Part shown: positions 55,971-64,000 of the stretch, piece by piece
How the letters are laid out: every line of letters begins with the position of its first letter
How positions within the stretch are numbered: the first letter of the stretch is position 1
NCBI GenBank assembly: GCA_963765575.1
Contig: CAVXWZ010000008.1
Location: 128,001 to 192,000, forward strand
Reading direction: 5' to 3'
Length of the DNA: 64,000 nt
From: an uncultured cyanobacterium
GTDB lineage: Bacteria > Cyanobacteriota > Cyanobacteriia > PCC-6307 > Cyanobiaceae
The notes under the pieces: model-generated
What the model saw: only the letters and a program-made list of their open reading frames with translations
What the model was told of the DNA's origin: nothing
Database searches by the model: none
Translations under genes and position numbers: made by a program

Positions 55971-57811
55971 ATGGCCCCAGAACTGGACGACAAACCAGGC
56001 CGCCAGCCGCTGGCCAGCGCCAACCTGCAGGCGGCGCTGCTCCTGCTCCAGGCCCTGGTGCAGGCAGGTCTGCGCCATCTGGTGCTGGCTCCCGGCAGCC
56101 GCTCCGGGCCGCTGGCGGTGGCGGCGGGCCTGCTGGAGCAAACCGGCGCGGTGGTGCTCTACACGGCCATCGACGAGCGCTCGGCGGCCTTCTTCGGCCT
56201 CGGTCTGGGGCGGGCCAGTGGCCGGGCTGCGGCCGTGATCACGACCTCCGGCACGGCGGTGGCCAACCTGCTGCCGGCCGCGGTGGAGGCCGACTTCGGC
56301 ACGATTCCCCTGCTGCTGCTCACCGCCGACCGGCCGGCCCGCCTCAAGGGTTGCGGGGCCAACCAGACGGTGAACCAGGAGCGCTTCCTGCTCGCCAGTG
56401 TGCGCTGGCTGGGGGAGGGGGACCCTGCCGGCCTGGCGGCGATGGCCCCCGCGTCGCTTCGGCTTCTGGCCCAACGGGCGCTGGCGCTCACGGCCGGCGG
56501 TAGCGGCTCCGCCGCCGGCGCCGTGCACCTCAACCTGCCCTTTGACGAGCCCCTCCATGCCAGCGCTACGGCCCTGGAGGCCCTGGCGGGGGAGGTGTTG
56601 GTGGCTGGCGTCACGGGCGCTGCACCCCCATCCCCGCCGCCGCCGCCGGCGATCGGGCTCGGTGGGCTCGACCCGGGCCGGCCCGGCCTGGTGGTGGCCG
56701 GGCCCTGGCGCGGCACCCCCCAGGCCTGGCCGGGGTTTCTGGCTGCCCTGCGCAACTGGCAGCAGCGCAGCGGCTGGCCGCTGCTGGCCGATGGCCTCAG
56801 TGGCCTGCGTGGCTGTCCCGGCCTGGCGCTGGTGGCGGGCTACGACCTGATCCCCTCGCCGCCGCCGGACCTGCTGGCCGGCCAGGTGCTGCGCCTGGGT
56901 CCGCTGCCGGCCAGCCGCCCCCTGCAGCAGTTGCTGCAGCGCTGCGGCGGCCGCCAGCTGCTGATCAGCGAAGGCGACCCCCGGCCCCTCGACCCCCTGG
57001 GCTGCTGCCCCCGCCAGTGGGGGGCGGGGCTGGAGGCCTGGATGGCCCAGTTGCCGCCGGCGCCGGCGCAGCGGCCAGCGGTGGCCAACCGGCACCATGC
57101 CGGCGCCTGGCTGGAGGTTGACCGGCGCCTGCAGACCTGGCTCGACGGGGAGCTGGGCGGTGGGGACCCGGCCAGCTCCGGGTGGAGTGAGCCGTCCCTG
57201 GCCCGCCTCCTGGCCCGTCTGTTGCCGGCTGGCCTGCCGCTGGTGCTTGCCAACAGCTCGCCGGTGCGCGATTGGGAGAGCTTCAGCCCGGCGGCCGGAC
57301 CCTGGCGGCCCATCCATGCCTTCCGCGGCGCGTCGGGCATCGATGGCACCCTGTCCCTGGCCTGCGGGGTGGCCGAGGTGGCCGGCGCCGCCGCGCTGCT
57401 CAGCGGTGATCTGGCCCTGCTCCACGACAGCAACGGCTGGCTCTGGCACCGTCAGCTGCGCGGCCGGCTCACGGTGGTGCTGATCGACAACGGCGGCGGC
57501 GGCATCTTCGAGCAGCTGCCCATCCGGCACCAGCCCGCCGCAGCCCAGCCCGCAGGAGCCCAGCCCAGCCTGGAGCCCTCGACTTCGAGCGCCTGTTCGC
57601 CATGCCCCAGGCGGTCGATCCCCTGGCCCTGGCGGCGGCCCACGGCGTGCCCGGCCGGGCCCCGGCCACCCTGGCCGCCCTGCAGCGCGATCTGGCCTGG
57701 GCGCAGCAGCAGCCCCTGGCCCTGCTGCTGCTGTGCAGCGATCGGCGCCAGGACGCGGAGCGCCGCCGCCAGCTGCGCAGAATGGCCCCTGCCTTCGCCC
57801 CCCCGCCATGA
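55971..57811 (+). CDS. menD: SEPHCHC synthase MenD, with an apparent frameshift near 57565
   Basis: [56 protein letters not shown]-terminus [11 protein letters not shown] continues in another frame up to an ATGA overlap with menB. Confidence 0.92.
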
Positions 57812-58668
57812 CCGCGGCCCCCTCGGCCTGGCAACCGGTGCGCTGGCAGCAGGTCGGCGCCTATGAGGACATCCGCTGCGAGCGCAGTGACGAGGGCATC
57901 GCCCGCATCACCATCGATCGCCCCCACAAGCGCAACGCCTTCCGGCCCCGCACGGTGCAGGAGCTCTGTGATGCCTTCTCGCGGGTGCGCGATGACCCCC
58001 GTCTCGGCGTGGTGCTGTTCACCGGAGCGGGCCCGGCGGCGGACGGCGGCTGGGCGTTCTGTGCGGGCGGAGACCAGAGCGTGCGCGGTGAGGGGGGCTA
58101 TGTGGATGAGCAGGGCCTGCCGCGCCTCAACGTGCTCGACCTGCAGCGCCTGATCCGCAGCCTGCCCAAGGTGGTGATCGCCCTGGTGGCCGGCTACGCC
58201 ATCGGCGGCGGCCAGGTGCTGCACCTGCTCTGCGACCTCTCGATCGCCGCCGATAACGCCCGCTTCGGCCAGACCGGTCCGCGGGTGGGCAGCTTCGACG
58301 GCGGCTTCGGGGCGGGCTATCTGGCCCGGGTGGTGGGCCAGCGCAAGGCGCGCGAAATCTGGTTCCTGTGCCGCCAGTACGGGGCGGCCGAGGCCCTGGA
58401 GATGGGGCTGGTGAACGCGGTGGTGCCGCTGGAGGACCTGCAGCGCGAGGGGGTGTGTTGGGCCCGGGAGGTGCTGCAGCACAGCCCCACGGCCATCCGT
58501 TGCCTCAAGGCGGCCTTCAACGCTGAAACCGACGGCCTGGCCGGAATCCAGGAGCTGGCCGGTCAGGCCACCCACCTCTTCTACCGGACCGAGGAGGGGC
58601 AGGAGGGCCGCAATGCCTTCCTGGAGAAGCGTCCTCCCGATTTTTCCGGCTCGCCCTGGTTACCTTGA
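57808..58668 (+). CDS. menB: 1,4-dihydroxy-2-naphthoyl-CoA synthase
   Basis: [41 protein letters not shown]. Confidence 0.97.
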   Translation: MTAAPSAWQPVRWQQVGAYEDIRCERSDEGIARITIDRPHKRNAFRPRTVQELCDAFSRVRDDPRLGVVLFTGAGPAADGGWAFCAGGDQSVRGEGGYVDEQGLPRLNVLDLQRLIRSLPKVVIALVAGYAIGGGQVLHLLCDLSIAADNARFGQTGPRVGSFDGGFGAGYLARVVGQRKAREIWFLCRQYGAAEALEMGLVNAVVPLEDLQREGVCWAREVLQHSPTAIRCLKAAFNAETDGLAGIQELAGQATHLFYRTEEGQEGRNAFLEKRPPDFSGSPWLP

Positions 58669-59300
58669 TCCCACCTGGGTCTGGAGCGACGACCACCGCC
58701 GTGCCCTCCCTGTGCCCGCCGTGCCGGCGTCCAGGCCGCTTGCCGGTTCTGTTGGCCGTGCTGTTCTGGGCCGCTCCCGCCGCCGCCGGCAGCGCTGTGG
58801 GAGCGGCCCCTCCCACCGGCCTGGCGGTGCCTGCGGGCACCGCCGCCGTGCTGCCCCGGCCCGCCCGCCGGGAGCTGGTGCTGCAGCTCGGTGCCCGCCG
58901 GCTGCTGGTGCTCGAGGCCGGCCGCGAGTTGCGGCGCTTTCCGGTCGCCGTGGGTCGCCCGGGCTGGGAGACGCCGGTGGGGCAGTTCCAGGTGATGGAG
59001 TTGGTGGCCGATCCGATCTGGGAGCATCCCGCCACGGGGGTGCACGTGCCCCCCGGACCCCAGAATCCCCTCGGCAGCCGCTGGATCGGCTTCCACCGCG
59101 ACTGCCGTGGCCGTCGTGGCTTCAACGGTGTGGAGGTGCTCACGGTGGAGGGCTGCGTGAGTGCGGGTTTCCACGGCACGCCCCAGCGCGACAGCGTCGG
59201 CCGGGCCGTCTCCCACGGCTGCGTGCGCCTGTTCGACGAGCACGTGCGCGAGCTGTTCGAGCTGGTGCAGTTGGGCACCCCGGTGACGGTCCAGCCCTGA
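58665..59300 (+). CDS. Second L,D-transpeptidase (YkuD family)
   Basis: [37 protein letters not shown]; start may be GTG 58701. Confidence 0.9.
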   Translation: MIPPGSGATTTAVPSLCPPCRRPGRLPVLLAVLFWAAPAAAGSAVGAAPPTGLAVPAGTAAVLPRPARRELVLQLGARRLLVLEAGRELRRFPVAVGRPGWETPVGQFQVMELVADPIWEHPATGVHVPPGPQNPLGSRWIGFHRDCRGRRGFNGVEVLTVEGCVSAGFHGTPQRDSVGRAVSHGCVRLFDEHVRELFELVQLGTPVTVQP

Positions 59301-59389
59301 TCGCCACGCTCTCGATGGGCGGCGCGGCCCAGGCGGGGAAGCGGCCGCAGACCACCCCTACAGTTGCGCCCAGCAGAGGCTGTGCCGGA

Positions 59390-60874
59390 ATGCGGATCCT
59401 GTTTGCCGCTGCCGAGTGTGCCCCCCTGGTCAAGGTGGGTGGGATGGGTGATGTGGTGGGCTCGCTGCCGCCGGCCCTGGCCCGTTTCGGCCATGACGTG
59501 CGCACGATCATTCCGGGCTACGGCCGGCTCTGGTCGCTGCTGGAGATCCCCTCCGAACCGGTGTGGCGGGGTCACACCATGGGCAACGACTTCGCCGTGT
59601 TCAAGACCAGCCACCCGGGCAGTGGTCTGCCCCTCTATCTGGTGGGCCATCCGGTGTTCGACGCCCAGCGCATCTACGGCGGCGAGGACGAGGACTGGCG
59701 GTTCACCTTCTTCGCCAGCGCCACCGCGGAGTTCTGCTGGCACCACTGGAAACCCCAGGTGCTGCACTGCCATGACTGGCACACCGGCATGTTGCCCGTG
59801 TGGATGCACCAGGACCCGGAGGTGAGCACCGTGTTCACCATCCACAACCTGCGCTACCAGGGCCCCTGGCGCTGGAAGCTCGACGGCATGGCCTGGTGCC
59901 CCTGGTACATGCAGGGCGACCACACCATGGCGGCCGCCCTGCTCTATGCCGACCGCATCAGCGCCGTGTCGCCCACCTACGCCGAGGAGATCCGCACCGC
60001 CGAGTACGGGGAGCATCTCGAGGGGCTGCTCAACTTCGTCAGCGGCCGGCTGCGCGGCATCCTCAACGGCATCGACACCGAGGCCTGGGATCCGGCCACC
60101 GACACCACCCTGCCGGCCCGGTTCAGTGCCGATGATCTGGCGCCCCGGGAGATCAACAAACGGGTGCTGCAGGAGCGTTTTGGCCTCACGGTGAACCCCC
60201 GCAGCTACCTGCTGGGGGTCGTGAGCCGGCTGGTGGACCAGAAGGGTGTGGATCTGCTGCTGCAGGTGACCGATCGGGTGCTGGCCTACACCGACAGCCA
60301 GATCGTGGTGCTGGGCACAGGCGATCGGGCCTACGAGACGGGGCTGTGGCAGCTGGCGGCCCGCCATCCCGGCCGCTTCGCCGTGTTCCTCACCTACGAC
60401 GACGCCCTCTCGCGGCTGATCTATGGGGGCAGTGACGCCTTCCTGATGCCGAGCCAGTTCGAACCCTGCGGCATCAGCCAGATGCTGGCCATGCGCTATG
60501 GCTCGATCCCGGTGGTGCGCCGGGTGGGGGGCCTGGTGGACACCGTGCCCCCTAACGATCCCGGCGCCGAGGGCGGCCGGGGCAGCGGCACCGGCTACGG
60601 CTTTGACCGCTATGAGCCGATCGACTTCTACACCGCGATCGTGCGCTCGTGGGAGGCCTACCGCAATCCCAGCGCCTGGGCCCAGCTGCAGGGCCGCGCC
60701 ATGGCGATGGACTTCAGCTGGGATCGCTCCGCCATCGCCTACGAGGCCCTCTACCGGGAGGTCTGCGGCGTCAAGGAACCGACTCCCGAGGCGGCTGCGG
60801 TGGAACAGTTCTCCCAGGGCCAGGACGCCGACCCCAGCCGCCGGGGCCTGGTCTCCCTGCTCAAGCGCCGTTAG
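59390..60874 (+). CDS. glgA: Glycogen synthase
   Basis: [53 protein letters not shown]. Confidence 0.97.
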   Translation: MRILFAAAECAPLVKVGGMGDVVGSLPPALARFGHDVRTIIPGYGRLWSLLEIPSEPVWRGHTMGNDFAVFKTSHPGSGLPLYLVGHPVFDAQRIYGGEDEDWRFTFFASATAEFCWHHWKPQVLHCHDWHTGMLPVWMHQDPEVSTVFTIHNLRYQGPWRWKLDGMAWCPWYMQGDHTMAAALLYADRISAVSPTYAEEIRTAEYGEHLEGLLNFVSGRLRGILNGIDTEAWDPATDTTLPARFSADDLAPREINKRVLQERFGLTVNPRSYLLGVVSRLVDQKGVDLLLQVTDRVLAYTDSQIVVLGTGDRAYETGLWQLAARHPGRFAVFLTYDDALSRLIYGGSDAFLMPSQFEPCGISQMLAMRYGSIPVVRRVGGLVDTVPPNDPGAEGGRGSGTGYGFDRYEPIDFYTAIVRSWEAYRNPSAWAQLQGRAMAMDFSWDRSAIAYEALYREVCGVKEPTPEAAAVEQFSQGQDADPSRRGLVSLLKRR

Positions 60875-60880
60875 GTCGGG

Positions 60881-61656
60881 GTGGACGGGCAGGATCGGCC
60901 GGCCTCAGCACCGGGCCGGGATCTGCCCGCCCCCTATGAAGACCCCTGGATGCTGCTGGGCCGCGACCTGCGCGCCCTGGTCGCCACGGGCCGCCTGGGA
61001 CTCCGGCAGCTGGCGCGGCGCAACCGCCAGGGGGATCTGGCCGTACCGGGCTTCTGGCCCGGCGACCTCAGGCCCTGGTTCTGGCCCCTGGCCCTCGCGC
61101 TGGCGCTGCTACTGGCGGTGGTGCTGATCACTGGGCTGCCGGGGCTTGTGCCGGAACGGGCCTCCCTGCCCACCCCCCTGGCGCCCCCGTCAGCTTCCTC
61201 CCCTGCAGCGGCGGCCGGCCCTGGCCGCGAGGCAGCGGAGCAGGCCGGGGGGGCCTCTGAGGCGACGGGCGCCTTCCAACAGCCGGCACCGCCGCCACCG
61301 CTGTGCCGGTGGTACCGGTGGTGCCACCGCCGCCGGATCCCCTGCTGGCGCTGCTCAAGTCCGCCGACCCCAGGGGGCTGGTTCAGGCGCTGGAGGCCGT
61401 CCCCGCCCGCAGCTGCCTGGAGCTGCGGCTGGCGGCGGCGTTCACGGCCCTCGCCCCCGAGACACAGCAGCAGCAGGCCGAGAGCTGGCGCGGCCGGGCC
61501 CAGGAGCTGGGCTACGAGCGCCTGGAGCTGGTGGATGGCGCCGGCCGGCTGCTGGGGCGAACCGCCCGGGTGGGCTCAGGCATGATCCTGCTCTCGCCGC
61601 CGGCCGCCACTGCCGATGCCCCTCGATCTCCAGCAGGTTCAGCAGCTCTTCGGTGA
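60881..61656 (+). CDS. Conserved membrane-anchored hypothetical protein, with an apparent 1-nt deletion near 61300
   Basis: N-terminal part (LPAPYEDPW..LGRDL, RRNRQGDL.VPGFWP, TM helix) and C-terminal part (DPLL.., GYERLELVD..GRLLGR.ARVGSGMILL) are in different frames joined by a Pro-rich linker. Confidence 0.7.
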
Positions 61657-63016
61657 GCCGCTCACCCCCTCGGCGCTGTGGCGCTCCCCCTCGGCCCTCT
61701 TCGTCAGCACCGACAGCCGGGGCCTGAGGCCCGACGGGCTGTTCGTGCCGCTGGTGGGGGAACGCTTCGATGGCCACCGCTTTCTGGATCAGGCCCTGGC
61801 CGCCGGCAGCAGCGCCCTGGTGGTGCAGCGTGACCGGATCGAGGCCACGGCCCTGCAGGCGCTGACGGCGGCGGCGGCGGGCTGTGGTGCCGCCCTGTGG
61901 CTGGTGGATGACACGCTCCAGGCCTACCAGGATCTGGCTCGCCTGTGGCGGCAGGGCCTCCAGGCCAAGGTGGTGGCCGTGACCGGCTCGGCCGGCAAGA
62001 CCAGCACCCGTGAGCTGATCCGCGCCGCGTTGGCGCCGCTGGGTGCGGTGCTGGCCTCCACTGGCAACGACAACAACGATGTCGGTGTGCCGCTCACCCT
62101 GTTGCGGGCCGACGCCGAACACAGCGCCGTGGTGGTGGAGATGGGCATGCGCGGCCTCGGTGAGATCGAGCGGCTCAGTGCCTGTGCCCGTCCCGATGTG
62201 GCTGTGATCACCAACATCGGCACCGCCCACATCGGCCGCCTGGGCAGCCGCGAGGCCATCGCCACGGCCAAGTGCGAGATCGTCAGCGGCCTCGACGCGG
62301 CCGGGGTGGTGGTGATCCCGGCTGGAGATCCCCTGCTTGACGCCAGCCTGGCCAGGGCGTGGAGCGGGCGGGTGGTGCGGGTGGCCCTCGCCGGTGATCC
62401 CGGTGAGGGCCAGGCCCAGCGGGTCGGCCAGCTCGATGAAGACAGCGGCTGGCTGGAGTGTGCCGGCAGGCGCCTGCCGCTGCCGCTGGCGGGGCGCCAT
62501 CAGGCCCGCAACCTGATGCTGGCGCTGGCGGTGGCCGAGGAGCTGGGGCTGCCTGCCGACCGCTGGCAGCCCCTGCTGGTGGAGTTGCCGGGCGGCCGCA
62601 GCCGCCGCCACGAGCTCGCTGGGCTGACGCTCCTCGATGAGACCTACAACGCCTCCCCGGAGGCAACGCTGGCTGCCCTGGAGCTGCTGGCGAGCCAGCC
62701 GGGCGGGCGCCGCTACGCCGTGCTGGGCACGATGCTGGAGCTCGGTGAGCGCAGTCTGGAGCTGCACCGCCAGGTGGCTGAGCGGGCTGTGCAACTCGGA
62801 CTTGATGGCCTGGTGCTGGTGGTGGCCGGTGCTGAGGGCGAGGCCATGGCCGCCGCTGCGGCCCCGCTGCAACGGCTTGCCCTGGTGGCCACCCCCGAGG
62901 AGGCGGCCGAGCCCCTGCGGGGCTGGCTCGAGCGCGGCGATGTGGTGCTGCTCAAGGCCAGTCGCGGCGTTGCCCTCGAGCGCCTGCTGCCGCTGCTGGG
63001 CGCGTTCAAACTGTAG
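61616..63016 (+). CDS. murF: UDP-N-acetylmuramoyl-tripeptide--D-alanyl-D-alanine ligase
   Basis: STDSR, GERFDGH, VTGSAGKT, NNDVGVP, EMGM, DETYNASP, LLKASRG. Confidence 0.96.
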   Translation: MPLDLQQVQQLFGEPLTPSALWRSPSALFVSTDSRGLRPDGLFVPLVGERFDGHRFLDQALAAGSSALVVQRDRIEATALQALTAAAAGCGAALWLVDDTLQAYQDLARLWRQGLQAKVVAVTGSAGKTSTRELIRAALAPLGAVLASTGNDNNDVGVPLTLLRADAEHSAVVVEMGMRGLGEIERLSACARPDVAVITNIGTAHIGRLGSREAIATAKCEIVSGLDAAGVVVIPAGDPLLDASLARAWSGRVVRVALAGDPGEGQAQRVGQLDEDSGWLECAGRRLPLPLAGRHQARNLMLALAVAEELGLPADRWQPLLVELPGGRSRRHELAGLTLLDETYNASPEATLAALELLASQPGGRRYAVLGTMLELGERSLELHRQVAERAVQLGLDGLVLVVAGAEGEAMAAAAAPLQRLALVATPEEAAEPLRGWLERGDVVLLKASRGVALERLLPLLGAFKL

Positions 63017-63034
63017 AAACTGGACTCAACGGCC

Positions 63035-63463
63035 ATGCTCCTGAACCTCAAGCAGCGTTTGCAGTCGCTGCGAATGGTGGCGGGCTTGGCCCGCAGCCTG
63101 CAGGACAGCCCGATTACGTCCCCCCAGCAGTAGGTGGTCCATCGGATGCGGGAAACCCACGACATCGTTCATGTGCTCACGGGCTTCGGCACCGATGGGC
63201 CCGGCGAGCTCGGCCTGCAGGCGTTCAACCTGGCCCAGAACCGCTCTCCCCTGGCGGCGATGCTCATCTTTGGGGGGATCCTCAAGGGCCTGCAGGACGA
63301 CGAACCGCTCGAACCTCTGCTCACGGCACTGGCCCGCGGATTTGATCTCGGCCTCCGCGCCCCCTGCGTGATCGCCTCCAAGCTGGAGGACGGTTGGGAG
63401 CTGCCGCTGGGTGAGTGGCAACGGCAGCTGGGCTTACCCCTGGCCAACCCGCTGCTGGCCTAG
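63035..63463 (+). pseudogene. Coq4-family protein pseudogene
   Basis: MLLNLKQRLQSLRMVAGLARSLQDSPITSPQQ*VVHRMRETHDIVHVLTGF..GE: HDxxHx11E motif intact, in-frame TAG at 63131-63133, N-terminal half much shorter than I expect for the family. Confidence 0.8.
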
Positions 63464-64000
63464 CGCGGTCCCATCCAGTTCTCCTTCACCAGCTGCCGGG
63501 CGCGACCCAGGGCCAGGGCGCCGCTGGGCACGTCCCGGGTGAGGGTGGAGCCGGCCCCCACGGTGACGCCGCTGCCGAGGGTGATCGGGGCCACCAACAC
63601 CGAATTGGCGCCGGTCTTGCTGTCCGCACCCAGCACGGTGCGGTGCTTGCGTACGCCGTCGTAGTTGGCGGTGATTGTGCCGGCGCCCACGTTGACCCGT
63701 TCGCCCAGGTCGGCATCGCCGATGTAGCTGAGGTGGTTCACCTTCACCTGCCCGGCCAGCCGGCTGTTCTTGACCTCCACGAAGTTGCCCACGTGGCAGC
63801 CCGGGCCGAGCCGGGTGCCGGGCCGCAGCTGGGTGAAGGGCCCGATCGAACAGCCCTCGGCGGCATGGGCCTCGCGCAACACGGCATGCAGCACCTGACA
63901 GCCATCGCCCAACTCACTGTTCTCGATCAGGCAGCCCGGGCCGATGCGGCAGCCCGAGCCGATCCTGGTGCTGCCGCGGAAATGGCACTGGGGCTCCACC
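63460..64000 (-). CDS. glmU: Bifunctional GlmU, C-terminal acetyltransferase part (5' end outside the window)
   Basis: Hexapeptide repeats, [33 protein letters not shown]. Confidence 0.96.
   Translation of the reverse strand, partial: VEPQCHFRGSTRIGSGCRIGPGCLIENSELGDGCQVLHAVLREAHAAEGCSIGPFTQLRPGTRLGPGCHVGNFVEVKNSRLAGQVKVNHLSYIGDADLGERVNVGAGTITANYDGVRKHRTVLGADSKTGANSVLVAPITLGSGVTVGAGSTLTRDVPSGALALGRARQLVKENWMGPR

Noticed and set aside
58613..60874. 753-aa ORF suggesting an extended GlgA (same effect for folB 35334-36569, SDR 14086-15933 and kinase 37071-38747)
   Set aside because: The extensions are stop-free alternate frames overlapping neighbouring genes; real starts are internal

Overview
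GC-rich (about 70% by eye) chromosomal segment from a picocyanobacterium (Cyanobium/Synechococcus-like). It is mostly housekeeping genes: priA (partial), sigA/rpoD, hemC, ppa, an M32 carboxypeptidase, hli, clpB, petJ, hemE, glgB, tamB, ROK kinase, proA, folB, prlC, ndhD, thrB, glk, thrS, trpS, psbA (D1:1 type), lepB, menD, menB, glgA, murF and glmU (partial). A small accessory patch lies at about 6.7-17.6 kb. I found no rRNA, tRNA, CRISPR array, transposase, integrase or prophage, and no clear new multi-gene system. The best leads are: (1) a densely structured leader with mutually exclusive helices in front of an orphan lambda-R-type muramidase, whose signal peptide seems to need a non-canonical CTG start; (2) three genes (DUF1400 hydrolase, class II aldolase, Coq4-like) eroded by internal deletions, some joined at short repeats, two of them also carrying an in-frame stop; (3) a shared HLR1/RpaB-like direct repeat upstream of hli and two neighbouring small unknown genes; (4) K-box/Rre1-like sites upstream of clpB; (5) a translationally coupled kinase plus DOMON-like pair that could be an amino-sugar salvage module. 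Single-base frameshifts in sigA, menD and one hypothetical gene are probably assembly errors. Family assignments come from recognising motifs, not from database searches.
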